From Methanomassiliicoccaceae archaeon (lineage in GTDB: Archaea; Thermoplasmatota; Thermoplasmata; Methanomassiliicoccales; Methanomethylophilaceae), in contig PUJZ01000027.1 of the NCBI GenBank assembly GCA_003550345.1, positions 15,134 through 79,133 of the forward strand: DNA of 64,000 bases, given 5' to 3'. This document shows, one piece after another, positions 19,192 to 29,124 of this stretch (its first letter is position 1; the number at the start of each line of letters is the position of its first letter). The notes below the pieces were generated by a model. It worked only from the letters and a program-made list of their open reading frames with translations. It searched no databases and had not been told where the DNA came from. The position numbers were made by a program, and so were the translations under genes.

Positions 19192-20283
19192 TCAGGGGAA
19201 GGGGAAGCGGCAGCGGAGCATCTTCGCCATGCGGCGCCGTCCGAGGGAGAGCATGCACCATTCGGTGCGCAGGTCGGAGCCGAAGGCGAAGGTGTCCGCC
19301 AGCAGCTTGGTCCAGGCGGCGCTGCGCAGCCGGGGGAAGAGCACCCGCCGGCAGGCGTCCTCATAAAGGGAGAGGGGCTCCCCGCGATGCAGGTGCCCGG
19401 CGATGGCCTCGGCGGCGAGTCGGCCACCGATCATCGCCAGCGGCACCCCCCCGCCGTTGACCGCCATCACATGGCCGGCGGCATCGCCCACGGTCAGAAC
19501 GCCCTCGCCGTGTATGGGGGACATCGGGCCCTGGGCGGGGACGTGCTTCCCCCCCAGCCCGCCCCGCAGGTTGAACCCTTGGTCCGCAGCGAAACGGCGG
19601 AAGTACTCCGAGGTGCTGCGCTCCGCCAGGCGGGGGTTGTGGCCCACGCCGACGTTGGCGCCGCCGTCCTTGGGTATTATCCACCCGTAGGCCCCCGGCG
19701 CTATCCCCCCGAAGAACATGGTCAGCACCGGCTCGAAATCCCCCTCCGCCTGGGCGGTGACGGCGGGATACGGGCTCTTGGGCAGGGGAAGCCCCATCTC
19801 CCTCGCCACCCGTGAGCCGGGGCCGTCGGCGCCCACGAGCACCTTGGCCTCGATGGGGCCCTCGGAGGTCTGGAAGAGGCCCCCCTCGCGCCTTTGGAAG
19901 GCGCAGGAGGTGATGAGCTCAGCGCCGGCGGAGACCGCCAGCGATGCCAGGTGCTGGTCGAAGCGGTCCCGGTCGGTGCTGTATCCTTGGAAGGGGATGT
20001 CGTAAGCCCGTCCCTTGGGAGTGACCAGGCGTATGGCCTCGATCTCCCGGCGCCGGAGGCCGGAGGGGGTGTCGAACAGCTCCTCCAGGTCCGCGGAGGC
20101 GGGGAACATGTCGCGGATCTCCTCGATGCTGGGCATGAACTCGCCGCAGCGCACGGGGACGCCCACCCGCGACCTCCTCTCTACCATGGTGACATCCAGC
20201 CCCTGCAGCGCCGCGTAGCGGGCCACGGTGCTGCCCGCGGGTCCGGCGCCGACGACGAGCACATCGGTCTTCAATGCCGACAT
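19192..20283 (-). CDS. Geranylgeranyl reductase family FAD oxidoreductase
   Basis: VVGAGPAGS, VRCGE, DRDRFD, GADG, YGWIIP, VGDAAG..GGG. Confidence 0.88.
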   Translation of the reverse strand: MSALKTDVLVVGAGPAGSTVARYAALQGLDVTMVERRSRVGVPVRCGEFMPSIEEIRDMFPASADLEELFDTPSGLRRREIEAIRLVTPKGRAYDIPFQGYSTDRDRFDQHLASLAVSAGAELITSCAFQRREGGLFQTSEGPIEAKVLVGADGPGSRVAREMGLPLPKSPYPAVTAQAEGDFEPVLTMFFGGIAPGAYGWIIPKDGGANVGVGHNPRLAERSTSEYFRRFAADQGFNLRGGLGGKHVPAQGPMSPIHGEGVLTVGDAAGHVMAVNGGGVPLAMIGGRLAAEAIAGHLHRGEPLSLYEDACRRVLFPRLRSAAWTKLLADTFAFGSDLRTEWCMLSLGRRRMAKMLRCRFPFP

Positions 20284-20291
20284 GGTGCCAC

Positions 20292-21260
20292 CTACAGCTT
20301 CCTCTCCAGAACGTAGTCCGCCAATGCCGTCAGGGAGTCCCGGAACCGGGAGGGCGGCACCCCCTCGAGGTACTCCTTGGCCTCGTGGACGAACTCGCGG
20401 GCGTGCTCGCGGCACAGCTCCAGCACGTCAGTGGAGCGGATGAGGTCCAGGGCCTCGGCCACATCAGCGTCGCTCTTATGCTTGAGCGCGAATATCTCCT
20501 GGACCCTCGGGCCCGCATCATCGTCCCGCATGGCCATTATTATGGGCAGCGTCGGCTTGCCCTCGTAGATGTCGATGCCGGAGACCTTGCCGGTCCTCGA
20601 CTCGTCGCCCTCGATGTCGAGGATGTCGTCGGCTATCTGGAACGCGAGGCCGATGTTGAGGCCGTAGCCCCCCATGGCCTCGATCATCGGCGAGTCGGCT
20701 CCGGCCAGGTAGGCGCCCACCCTCGCCCCGGCGGCGATGGGCTTGGCGGTCTTGCCCTCGATTATCCGCCGGTAGACCTCCATCGAGGTCTCGGAGCGGC
20801 GCTCGTGGTCCGATTGGATGAACTCCCCCTCCGCCATGGCGTTGCATGCGTCGGCGATGGCGTTGACCACCTCCTCGTCCAACGTGCCGCCGAGACGGAA
20901 GCCCTGCACGAAGAGGAAGTCGCCGGCGATTATCGCCTTGGGGACGGTGAAGCGCCGGTGGGCGGTGAGCTGGCCGCGGCGCAGCTCGCTGTCGTCGTTG
21001 ATGTCGTCGTGCAGGAGGGTGGCGCTGTGGATGAGCTCGAAGGCGGTTGCCGTCCTGATGATCTTGCTGGGGTCCTCGCCTCCGGAGGCGAGGAAGGCCA
21101 ATATGCAAACCCCCGGGCGCAGCCTTTTGCCGCCGGAGTCCAATATGTGGCGGCATATCTCCGTCAGCTCCGGCTGGCTGGAGGCGATGCTCTCCTCCAT
21201 CAGCTCGTCCACCCGGCGGAGCTGGTCCTTGATGGCCGCGTCCCAGGTCTGACCCATCAT
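20292..21260 (-). CDS. trans-Polyprenyl diphosphate synthase (probably long-chain)
   Basis: GGKRLRP, ELIHSATLLHDDIND..RRG, GKTA, AFQIADDILD, GK..G.D..EGKPTLP. Confidence 0.92.
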   Translation of the reverse strand: MMGQTWDAAIKDQLRRVDELMEESIASSQPELTEICRHILDSGGKRLRPGVCILAFLASGGEDPSKIIRTATAFELIHSATLLHDDINDDSELRRGQLTAHRRFTVPKAIIAGDFLFVQGFRLGGTLDEEVVNAIADACNAMAEGEFIQSDHERRSETSMEVYRRIIEGKTAKPIAAGARVGAYLAGADSPMIEAMGGYGLNIGLAFQIADDILDIEGDESRTGKVSGIDIYEGKPTLPIIMAMRDDDAGPRVQEIFALKHKSDADVAEALDLIRSTDVLELCREHAREFVHEAKEYLEGVPPSRFRDSLTALADYVLERKL

Positions 21261-21345
21261 CGGCTGATAATGATACGGCCTACTTAAGGCTTGCTGGATG
21301 TACAATAAAATGGAAAGGGGTTGGGTTTGGTTAAGGTGTTTCCTC

Positions 21346-22803
21346 TCAGCCCATCAGGGCGGTGGCGGCATTCTCGCACAGGGTGATCACCGGCTCGGGG
21401 AACACGCCTATGGCGATGACGGCGACGAGGCATATCAGTATGGCCGCCATGAAGGGCATGGGGACCTTGATGGGCTCGATGCTCTCGCCCTCGTCGACGT
21501 ACATGAACTTCACCACCCTCGCGTAGTAGTACAGCGAGATGGCGCTGTTTATGACCGCCACGAAGACCAGCCATATCCACTGCGTCTCCACCAGCTCGCC
21601 GGGGAAGCCCACCGCGCTGGAGAACAGCACGAACTTGCTGACGAAACCGGCCAGCGGCGGAACCCCCGCCAGGGCGAAGAGGAATATCAGCATGGCGAAC
21701 GCCAGCACCGGAGCCCTCTTGGCCAGGCCCTTGTAGTCGCTGAGCTTCTCCCCCATGGAGAGGTAGCAGAGCGCGGCCACGATGATGAAGGCGCCCCCCT
21801 TCATGAACACATGGGTGATCATGTGGAACAGGCCTCCGGTCAGCGCGTAGGGCGTCATTATGGCCAGGACCATCATCAGATAGCCCCCCTGGGCGATGCT
21901 GGAGTAGGCCAGCAGCCTCTTCATGTTCGTCTGCGACAGGGCCACGACGTTGCCCACGGTCATGGTGATGGCCGCGAGTACGGCGAAGGCGTACTGCACG
22001 TCGCTGACCAGGGTTGCCTGGGCGGCGATGAAGCCGACGAGGAATATCTTGAAGAACGCCACGAAGCCCATCTTCTTGGAGCCCACCGCCAGGAAGGTGG
22101 TGACCGGAGCGGTCGCGCCTTCGTAGACGTCGGGGGCCCACATGTGGAAGGGGACGGTGGTTATCTTGAATCCCAGACCGGCTATGATCATCGCCACCGA
22201 TATCAGCAGGCCGCCGGTGGGGGCGGCGCCGATGGCGAGGGCTATGGCCTCCAGGTTGGTGGTCTGCGTCACGCCGTAGAGCAGCGAGAAGCCGTAGAGG
22301 GTCAATGCGGTGGACAGGCCGCCGATGACCAGGTACTTCACCGCCGCCTCAGCGGCGCGGGGGTCGTTCTTGCGGAACGCCACCAGCGCGTACGAGGATA
22401 TGCTCGTCAGCTCGACACCGACGAATATCCCGATGAGGTCCTCGGCGCAGGCCACGAACATCATACCGGCGGTGGCCGCCAGCAACAGCGCGTAGTACTC
22501 GCCGTGGTGGCGGTCGCGCTCCACGCTCTTCAGGGAGGCGAGCAGCACCAGCAGCGCCACCATTAGGAACATCCCGGTGAGCAGCAGCGAGAACTCGTCC
22601 ACCGCGTAGACGTCGAGGAAGCTCCCTGTGACGCCCTCCATCATCATCCAGCCCAGGTAAAGGCCGGCCGCAAGCACCGAGACGATCGAGAACATCCCGA
22701 CCAGCTTGTCGTTCCTGGTGAGGAAGTACAGTCCCGGTACCAGCAGCGCCGCCGCCAGCACTATCAGCTGCGGGGCTATCAGGGTGAAGTCAGGCATCGT
22801 CAC
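21346..22803 (-). CDS. fpoN: Fpo-like complex subunit N
   Basis: EAAVKY, FKITTVPFHMWAPDVYEGA, KRLLAYSSIAQ, GVPPLAGF.SK. Confidence 0.93.
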   Translation of the reverse strand: MTMPDFTLIAPQLIVLAAALLVPGLYFLTRNDKLVGMFSIVSVLAAGLYLGWMMMEGVTGSFLDVYAVDEFSLLLTGMFLMVALLVLLASLKSVERDRHHGEYYALLLAATAGMMFVACAEDLIGIFVGVELTSISSYALVAFRKNDPRAAEAAVKYLVIGGLSTALTLYGFSLLYGVTQTTNLEAIALAIGAAPTGGLLISVAMIIAGLGFKITTVPFHMWAPDVYEGATAPVTTFLAVGSKKMGFVAFFKIFLVGFIAAQATLVSDVQYAFAVLAAITMTVGNVVALSQTNMKRLLAYSSIAQGGYLMMVLAIMTPYALTGGLFHMITHVFMKGGAFIIVAALCYLSMGEKLSDYKGLAKRAPVLAFAMLIFLFALAGVPPLAGFVSKFVLFSSAVGFPGELVETQWIWLVFVAVINSAISLYYYARVVKFMYVDEGESIEPIKVPMPFMAAILICLVAVIAIGVFPEPVITLCENAATALMG

Positions 22804-24317
22804 AGGAACACCTCCAGAACGGCGGCCAGATCACTGGCGTAGGGGAATATGAAGTCCCATGCCAGGGCAGGGAATATCCCGAACAGCGCGATCAGCCCGC
22901 ATAGCGCGGCGAGGGAGACCCCCTCGTAGACGCTGACGTCGTGCACCTTGCTGGTGTCGATCTTGTCCGTCAGGGGGCCGAATATGCTCCTCTGCATCGC
23001 CCACAGGTAGTAACCGGCGGTGAGAAGCAGGGATGCCAGCGCTATGATTATGGTCCAGACGACGCCCTCGCTGAGGCCCCAGTTGTAGAAGGCCACCAGG
23101 ATGTTGAACTCCGCCACGAAGCCCACCAGGCTGGGGAGCCCGAGGGACGCCATGAAGCCTATCATCATGAAGGCTGCGTAGTTGGGCATCTTCTCGGCCA
23201 GGCCGCCCAGGAGCGGTATCTGCCGGGTGCCGACGTTGTGGCCCGCAATGCCGCAGACCATGAAGAGCACCGCGGTGATCAGACCGTGGGCGAACATCTG
23301 GAAGGCGCCGGCGGCGATCCCGATGTCGCTCAGGGTGGCGATGCCGAGGAGGACCATGCCCATGTGGCTGATGGACGAGAACGCCACCAGCTTCTTCAGG
23401 TCGCGCTGCGCGATGCACGCCAGCGCGCCGTAGACGATGGCCACCAAGGCTATCACGATCATCGGCACCTGCCAGGCCACGGCCCCTTCGGGGAGCACCT
23501 CCAGGCATATCCTGATTATGCCGTACGTACCCATCTTCAGCATCACACCGGCCAGCAGCACGCTGCCGGCGGTGGGCGCCTCGACGTGGGCGTCCGGCAA
23601 CCAGGTGTGGAAGGGCACGATGGGCATCTTCACGGCGAAGCCGAAGAAGAGCATGCCGAACACCAGGACCTGGAAGCCCTGGGTGAACAGCGCCGCCGCC
23701 GCGCTGACGTCCGCGAACGCGAACGAGAGCTGGCCGGTGCCGGCCACCGCGGCCGACTCGATGACCAGCGCGAATATGCCGATCATCATGACCAGGCTCG
23801 ACACGTGCGTGTAGATGAAGAACTTGATCGCCGCGTAGTGCCTCTTCGGACCTCCCCATATGTTGATGAGGAAGTACATGGGGACCAGCGCCACCTCCCA
23901 GAATATGAAGAAGAGGAAGTAGTCCATCGCCATGAAGACGCCCAGCAGGCCGACCTGCATCCCCAGCAGGAGTGCGAAGAAGAAGTTGGGCCTCTCCTTC
24001 TCCTCCCAGGAGAACAGCACGACCAGGAACATCAGCACATTGGTGAGCAGGACCATTATCAGGCTCAGGCCGTCGAGTCCCACTATGTACTGGATGCTCA
24101 GGAACGATGTCTCTATCCACGCGTACTGGTCCACGAACTGGTATCCTGACGACGCGTCGAAGGCGGTCACCAGGTACAGCGTCACCGCCAGCGGCAGGGC
24201 GGTGAACGCCAGTGCCACGTAGCGGGCGTACTTGGCCAGGTCGCCGGCCATCGCCAGCGCCAGCACCGCTCCCACCAGAGGGGTGAAGAGCACCAATGAA
24301 AGAATCATGTCGGTCAT
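22800..24317 (-). CDS. fpoM: Fpo-like complex subunit M
   Basis: GLDGLS, FFIFWE, KMPIVPFHTWLPDAHVEAP, LKMGTYG, AFSSISHMG. Confidence 0.94.
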   Translation of the reverse strand: MTDMILSLVLFTPLVGAVLALAMAGDLAKYARYVALAFTALPLAVTLYLVTAFDASSGYQFVDQYAWIETSFLSIQYIVGLDGLSLIMVLLTNVLMFLVVLFSWEEKERPNFFFALLLGMQVGLLGVFMAMDYFLFFIFWEVALVPMYFLINIWGGPKRHYAAIKFFIYTHVSSLVMMIGIFALVIESAAVAGTGQLSFAFADVSAAAALFTQGFQVLVFGMLFFGFAVKMPIVPFHTWLPDAHVEAPTAGSVLLAGVMLKMGTYGIIRICLEVLPEGAVAWQVPMIVIALVAIVYGALACIAQRDLKKLVAFSSISHMGMVLLGIATLSDIGIAAGAFQMFAHGLITAVLFMVCGIAGHNVGTRQIPLLGGLAEKMPNYAAFMMIGFMASLGLPSLVGFVAEFNILVAFYNWGLSEGVVWTIIIALASLLLTAGYYLWAMQRSIFGPLTDKIDTSKVHDVSVYEGVSLAALCGLIALFGIFPALAWDFIFPYASDLAAVLEVFL

Positions 24318-24318
24318 C

Positions 24319-26355
24319 TCAGGCCCCTCCTGTGATCCAGCCGATGATGTAGATCAGGGCGATCAGCACCACCACGCCTCCCACCACGAAGGCGGCGTAG
24401 GTCTGCAGGAAGCCGGTCTGTATCCGGCGCAGCATCTGCGAGCCTCCGGTGAGGGAGTTGGCTATGCCGTCGACGCTGCCGTCGACGGCCTTTCGGTCGA
24501 CCTCCTCGACGGCCATGGCCGCCGGGTATGCCATCTTCAGCGCTATGCCGTCATAGAACTGCGGGAAGTAGTACCTCCTCTGCAGCAGCTGGTACAGGGC
24601 CGACTGCCCGTCGCGGTTGAAGCGGCCGGGGTCGAGGTCCCTGACGTAGTACATGCGGTACGCCGCATAGATGCCGAGCAGGGCTATGACGATCGCCAGA
24701 TAGGCGTAGGGGCTGGTGAATATCTTCTCCAGCACATCGAGCATCGCGTAGCCTCCGCCTCCGACGACGAACTCCCCGGCGACGTATTGGAACGTCATCG
24801 TGGTGTTGAAGCCGAAGAGGATGGCGAAGCCCGAGAGGGCGGCGAAGACGGAGAGCGCTATCAGCGGATAGCTCATCACCGGCGGCGACTCGCCGTGGCA
24901 ATGCTTGCTCGCCTCGCCCTCCTCGCCGCAGAAGGTCATGAACCAGAGACGGAACATGTAGAAGGCGGTCATGAACGCGGTGGCCAGCGCCAGCAGGTAC
25001 AGCAGCAGGAATATCATCGCCGCTGGCTCGCTGCTCTCGGCGACGACGAGCACCGACTCAAGGACGAAGTCCTTGGACCAGAACCCGGCGAAGACCGGTA
25101 TGCCGGCGATGGACAGCGTTCCTATCAGCATTGTGATGGAGGTGATGCCCATCCGCTTGCGCAGCCCGCCCATCTGCCGCATGTCCTCGGAGCCGACGGC
25201 GTGTATCACCGATCCAGCGCCGAGGAAGAGCAGGGCCTTGAAGAAGGCGTGGTTCATCATGTGGAAGACTCCAGCGGTGTAGCCGAACGCCTTGGCGCCG
25301 GAGACGTCCACGCCGCCGGCGACGCCGGTGGCGACCACGTAGCCCCCCGCCCCCAGCGCCAGGATCATGAATCCCAGCTGGGAAAGGGTGGAGTAGGCCA
25401 GTACCCTCTTTATGTTCATGTTGTTGAGAGCCATGGTGGCCGCGTAGAACGCGGTCACGCCGCCGATGATGGCCACGAAGAGCATCACGTCGGCGCTCTG
25501 GACGAAGAGCGGGAAGGAGCGGGCGGTGAGGTAGACACCGGCCTTGACCATCGTCGCCGCGTGTATAAGGGCGGAGACGGTGGTGGGCCCCTCCATCGCG
25601 TCCGGCAACCAGTCGTGCAGCGGGAACTGCGCGCTCTTGCCGATGACGCCGCCGAATATCAGCACCGAGCCCAAGGCCACGGCCGAGCTGTCAGCGGCTG
25701 CGAGCGTGGCGGCCGAGAACAGCTCCGCGTAGTTGAGGGTGCCGAACTCGTTGAGCAGGACGAAGAGACCTGCCAACAGGGCGACGTCGCCCATCCTGGT
25801 CACCAGGAAGGCCTTCTTGGCCGCCGAGGCGGCGGCCGCCGATGCCTTCTCCCCCTTGGGGTGCTTGAAGCCCCAGAAGCCGATGAGCAGGTAGGAGCAG
25901 AGACCGACGATCTCCCAGAAGATGAACATCTGCAGGAAGTTGCTGGCCATGACCAGGCCGAGCATCGCCGTCAGGAAGAGGGAGACCTTGGTGTAGTACC
26001 TCCTCTTCTTCTCGCCCTCATCGTGCATATAGCCGATGGAGTAGATGAATATCAGAGTGCTGATGAGGGACGCGAAGACCATCATCAGCACCGCAAGGTT
26101 GTCCAGGTAGAGGCCGAAGTCCAGGGTTATCCCCTGGGAGATCTGCAGCCACAGCACCTGGTCCACGTAGGGGGCGGTTACCCTCCCCGTAAGTACCTCA
26201 TACGCCACCAGGGCGGAGAGCACGAAGGCCAGGCCGGCGGCGCCGACCGCGATGTACCCCCCTCCCTCCGGGGTCCGGTGTCCGAAGAAACCGATGACCA
26301 GGAAGGCCACCAGCGGTATGATGGGTATCAGCCATGCGTATTCAGTGAACATCAT
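24319..26355 (-). CDS. fpoL: Fpo-like complex subunit L
   Basis: WEIVGLCSYLLIGFW, KSAQFPLHDWLPDAMEGPTTVSALIHAATMV, HAFFKALLFL. Confidence 0.95.
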   Translation of the reverse strand: MMFTEYAWLIPIIPLVAFLVIGFFGHRTPEGGGYIAVGAAGLAFVLSALVAYEVLTGRVTAPYVDQVLWLQISQGITLDFGLYLDNLAVLMMVFASLISTLIFIYSIGYMHDEGEKKRRYYTKVSLFLTAMLGLVMASNFLQMFIFWEIVGLCSYLLIGFWGFKHPKGEKASAAAASAAKKAFLVTRMGDVALLAGLFVLLNEFGTLNYAELFSAATLAAADSSAVALGSVLIFGGVIGKSAQFPLHDWLPDAMEGPTTVSALIHAATMVKAGVYLTARSFPLFVQSADVMLFVAIIGGVTAFYAATMALNNMNIKRVLAYSTLSQLGFMILALGAGGYVVATGVAGGVDVSGAKAFGYTAGVFHMMNHAFFKALLFLGAGSVIHAVGSEDMRQMGGLRKRMGITSITMLIGTLSIAGIPVFAGFWSKDFVLESVLVVAESSEPAAMIFLLLYLLALATAFMTAFYMFRLWFMTFCGEEGEASKHCHGESPPVMSYPLIALSVFAALSGFAILFGFNTTMTFQYVAGEFVVGGGGYAMLDVLEKIFTSPYAYLAIVIALLGIYAAYRMYYVRDLDPGRFNRDGQSALYQLLQRRYYFPQFYDGIALKMAYPAAMAVEEVDRKAVDGSVDGIANSLTGGSQMLRRIQTGFLQTYAAFVVGGVVVLIALIYIIGWITGGA

Positions 26356-26359
26356 GTCT

Positions 26360-26662
26360 TTACCACCTCAGGATGTTGATTTCTTCGAGGTCGGTCGTCC
26401 CGCTGGTCTTGTAGAGGTTCAGCAGTATGGCTATGCCCACCGCGACCTCCGCCGCCGCCACCGATATCGCCATTATGACGAACACCTGCCCGGCGACGTC
26501 GTTGAAGAACGCCGCGAAGGCGATGAAGTTGATGTTGGCGGCGTTGAGCATCATCTCGATGCACATCAGCACGACAAGGCCGTTCTTCTTGGTCAGCACC
26601 CCGTAGGCGCCGACGGCGAAGAGGACCGCTGAGAGCCCCAGGAACATCTCTATGGGTATCAT
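26360..26662 (-). CDS. fpoK: Fpo-like complex subunit K
   Basis: MCIEMMLNAANIN, VAAAEVAVGIA. Confidence 0.93.
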   Translation of the reverse strand: MIPIEMFLGLSAVLFAVGAYGVLTKKNGLVVLMCIEMMLNAANINFIAFAAFFNDVAGQVFVIMAISVAAAEVAVGIAILLNLYKTSGTTDLEEINILRW

Positions 26663-26919
26663 GGCGCATCCTCCTTGGCCAGATAGACGCCGCCCAGGAT
26701 GGCGGCGAACATGAGCACCCCCATCACTATGACCACCGCGCCGTACTCCTCGAAGAGCGCGTGGTTGAGGTCGCCGGGCGACATCTCGCCCTCGGCGGGG
26801 TCGAACGGTATGCCGTGTATGGTCTCGCCAGCGTCCCAGTCGACGGTGGCGGCGGTACCGAGAAGCAGCGCCCCCAGGGCTATCGCCAGGATCAGCGCCG
26901 CGGCCGTCTTCCTACTCAT
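26659..26919 (-). CDS. fpoJ: Fpo-like complex subunit J, C-terminal part (J2)
   Basis: Two TM helices, LF..Y.....GVLMFAAILGGVYLAK; position between J1 and K. Confidence 0.8.
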   Translation of the reverse strand: MSRKTAAALILAIALGALLLGTAATVDWDAGETIHGIPFDPAEGEMSPGDLNHALFEEYGAVVIVMGVLMFAAILGGVYLAKEDAP

Positions 26920-27226
26920 TGAGGTCACCCCCGATTATGTTCCTCCTGGTCAGCATGATGCTGAAGGCGAAGAGGATGGTGATGGCGCCGACGTAGACCA
27001 TGAGCTGAATGACGGCTATGTACTCCGCATTCAGGAAGAAGTAAACGGCGTCCACCCCCACGAAGGTCAGTGCCAGGTAGAACGCGCTGTGCACCACCTC
27101 CTTCGAGATTACCACGTATATCGCCGCGGCAACGGTTATGGCCGCCGCCACCAGGAAGAAGAAGGTGTCCAGGCCGATCCAGCTGAGGTCCATGCCCAGC
27201 AGGTCGCTTGTGTCAATTCCGAACAT
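26912..27226 (-). CDS. fpoJ: Fpo-like complex subunit J, N-terminal part (J1)
   Basis: HSAFYL, LNAEYIAVIQLMVYVGAI; TAG stop. Confidence 0.88.
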   Translation of the reverse strand: MFGIDTSDLLGMDLSWIGLDTFFFLVAAAITVAAAIYVVISKEVVHSAFYLALTFVGVDAVYFFLNAEYIAVIQLMVYVGAITILFAFSIMLTRRNIIGGDLNE

Positions 27227-27966
27227 CAGAGCACCTCGTTGATTTCCAGGGCGTCCTTGGGGCAGATGATTATGCACTGCTCGCAGAAGACGCACTTCGA
27301 TTCGTCTATCTTGGGATGCTTGATCGGCTTCCCCTTCTCGTTCTCGCCGACCACCACCATCTCGATCGCGTCCACCGGGCAGGTCTTGGCGCAGCGGTTG
27401 CAGCTTATGCATTTCTCGCCGATGAGCTTGGGCCGGTCCAGCTCATAGAAGGCCGAGGGCTGGTCGAGTATCCCCTTCTCCAGGTTGGAGATGAGGTGCT
27501 CCTCCATCTTGACCTCCATGCCCTTGGTGGTGTTCTCCCACTTCAGCCTATAGGGGTCGTAGATGAGCTCCTCGCGGGTGAAGGCCGCCAGCTCGTAATC
27601 GGGCGTGACCGTCATCGCATCCACCGGGCAGTACTCGGCGCAATAGCCGCACATCATGCACCTGCCCAGGTTCACCTGGGGCCGCTTGACGGCGCCCATC
27701 TTCTCATCCTCAATGTCCACCAGCTCGATGCAGGTGGTGGGGCATATGCGGGCGCATATGCCGCAGCCGATGCACTTCTCGAAAACGAGTCCGGGGCGCC
27801 CGCGGTAGTTGTCGGGGATCCACTCCTTCTCGTACGGGTAGAGTATGGTGACCGGCCGGCGGATCGTCGTCTTCACCAGGTTCTTGAACGTGGTGAAGAA
27901 CGGCTTCAGTATCCATCCGCGCAGGGCGACGTTCTTCGGGTACTTGTCAAGGTATTTCAGCGCCAT
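27226..27966 (-). CDS. fpoI: Fpo-like complex subunit I with four ferredoxin-type motifs
   Basis: VTILYPYE..YRG; CIGCGICARICP, CMMCGYCAEYCP, CISCNRCAKTCP, CVFCEQCIIICP. Confidence 0.92.
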   Translation of the reverse strand: MALKYLDKYPKNVALRGWILKPFFTTFKNLVKTTIRRPVTILYPYEKEWIPDNYRGRPGLVFEKCIGCGICARICPTTCIELVDIEDEKMGAVKRPQVNLGRCMMCGYCAEYCPVDAMTVTPDYELAAFTREELIYDPYRLKWENTTKGMEVKMEEHLISNLEKGILDQPSAFYELDRPKLIGEKCISCNRCAKTCPVDAIEMVVVGENEKGKPIKHPKIDESKCVFCEQCIIICPKDALEINEVL

Positions 27967-29120
27967 CAGTAGACACCTCCTATCTTGAGCAGCACCACGA
28001 TGAACAGGTTTATCACCGCCAGCGGCAGCAGGACCTTCCATCCTATGTTGAGGATCTGGTCCGTCCTTATCCGGGCGAAGGTGCCCCGGGCCCAGACCAT
28101 GATGAAGAACAGCAGCACGACCTTGAGCAGGAACACTATCTCCGGGAGCACCAAAGTGTCCATGAACGGTATCGCCCACCCGCCCAGGAACATTATCGCC
28201 CCCAGGGCGCAGGCCACATAGCCGCGGAAGTAGTCGGAGAGCATGATGAGCCCCCACTTCATCCCGCCGTACTCGGTCTGCCATCCCTCCACCAGCTCGG
28301 CCTCGGCCTCAGGCAGGTCGAAGGGTATCCTCTCGGCCTCCGCAGTGGCGGCGACCATGAAGACCACGAAGCCGATTATCTGCGGCACGATGAACCAGGT
28401 GTTGTCCATCTGGAACTGCACTATCTCGTTGATGTTGAGGCTTCCCGCCATCAGGACGACGGAGGCGAAGACCAGCAGCATCGGTATCTCGTAGCTGATC
28501 ATCTGGGCCGCGGCCCTCATGCCGCCGATGAGCGAGTACTTGTTGTTCTGCGCCCAGCCGGCGACCAGGATCATGAACGGCGACACGGCGAATATGCCGA
28601 ATATCAGCAGCAGGCCGGTGCCGTAGTCCGCCAGGAACCAGCGGGGGCTCAGCGGTATCATCCCCGCGATGAGGACGGCGCTGCCGATGACGATGCTCAC
28701 CGCCCACATGTAGCCCTTCTTGTCCGCCTTCTCCGGCATTATGTGCTCCTTGAGGAATGTCTTCAGACCGTCGGCGAGGTTCTGCAGGTAGCCCAGCGGG
28801 CCTATCCTGGTGGCGCGGCGGTCCATTATCCTTCCGAGCGTCTTCCTCTCTATCCATATCATCGTCAGGTTGACGATGAATATCACTGCGAAGAAGACCA
28901 CCACCATGATGAACAGGCCCATCATGTTGGTGACGAAGTCGCCGATCAGGAACGGCGAGAGCCGGTTCCCGGGCGCGATTATGTTTATCAGCCAGGCGAT
29001 GACGCCGCCGATTATCTCCCACAGCCCGTGCCCGATGGCGTAGGGCAGGTTGTAGACCTCGTAGGGGGAGACCTTGTTGGCGGTGGAGTCGCTTATGCTT
29101 ACCCAATCAGAGACGCTCAT
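27966..29120 (-). CDS. fpoH: Fpo-like complex subunit H
   Basis: ERK..GR, GYLQNLADGLK, KYSLIGGMR..AQMISYE, RIPFDLPEAEAELVEG. Confidence 0.94.
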   Translation of the reverse strand: MSVSDWVSISDSTANKVSPYEVYNLPYAIGHGLWEIIGGVIAWLINIIAPGNRLSPFLIGDFVTNMMGLFIMVVVFFAVIFIVNLTMIWIERKTLGRIMDRRATRIGPLGYLQNLADGLKTFLKEHIMPEKADKKGYMWAVSIVIGSAVLIAGMIPLSPRWFLADYGTGLLLIFGIFAVSPFMILVAGWAQNNKYSLIGGMRAAAQMISYEIPMLLVFASVVLMAGSLNINEIVQFQMDNTWFIVPQIIGFVVFMVAATAEAERIPFDLPEAEAELVEGWQTEYGGMKWGLIMLSDYFRGYVACALGAIMFLGGWAIPFMDTLVLPEIVFLLKVVLLFFIMVWARGTFARIRTDQILNIGWKVLLPLAVINLFIVVLLKIGGVY

Positions 29121-29124
29121 GCGA

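Noticed and set aside
26659..27226. Pyrrolysine read-through fusing fpoJ1 and fpoJ2, and other TAG-ended genes with their neighbours
   Set aside because: The downstream genes are in different frames (checked at 2173, 20292, 26912 and 47600); split fpoJ is normal in archaea
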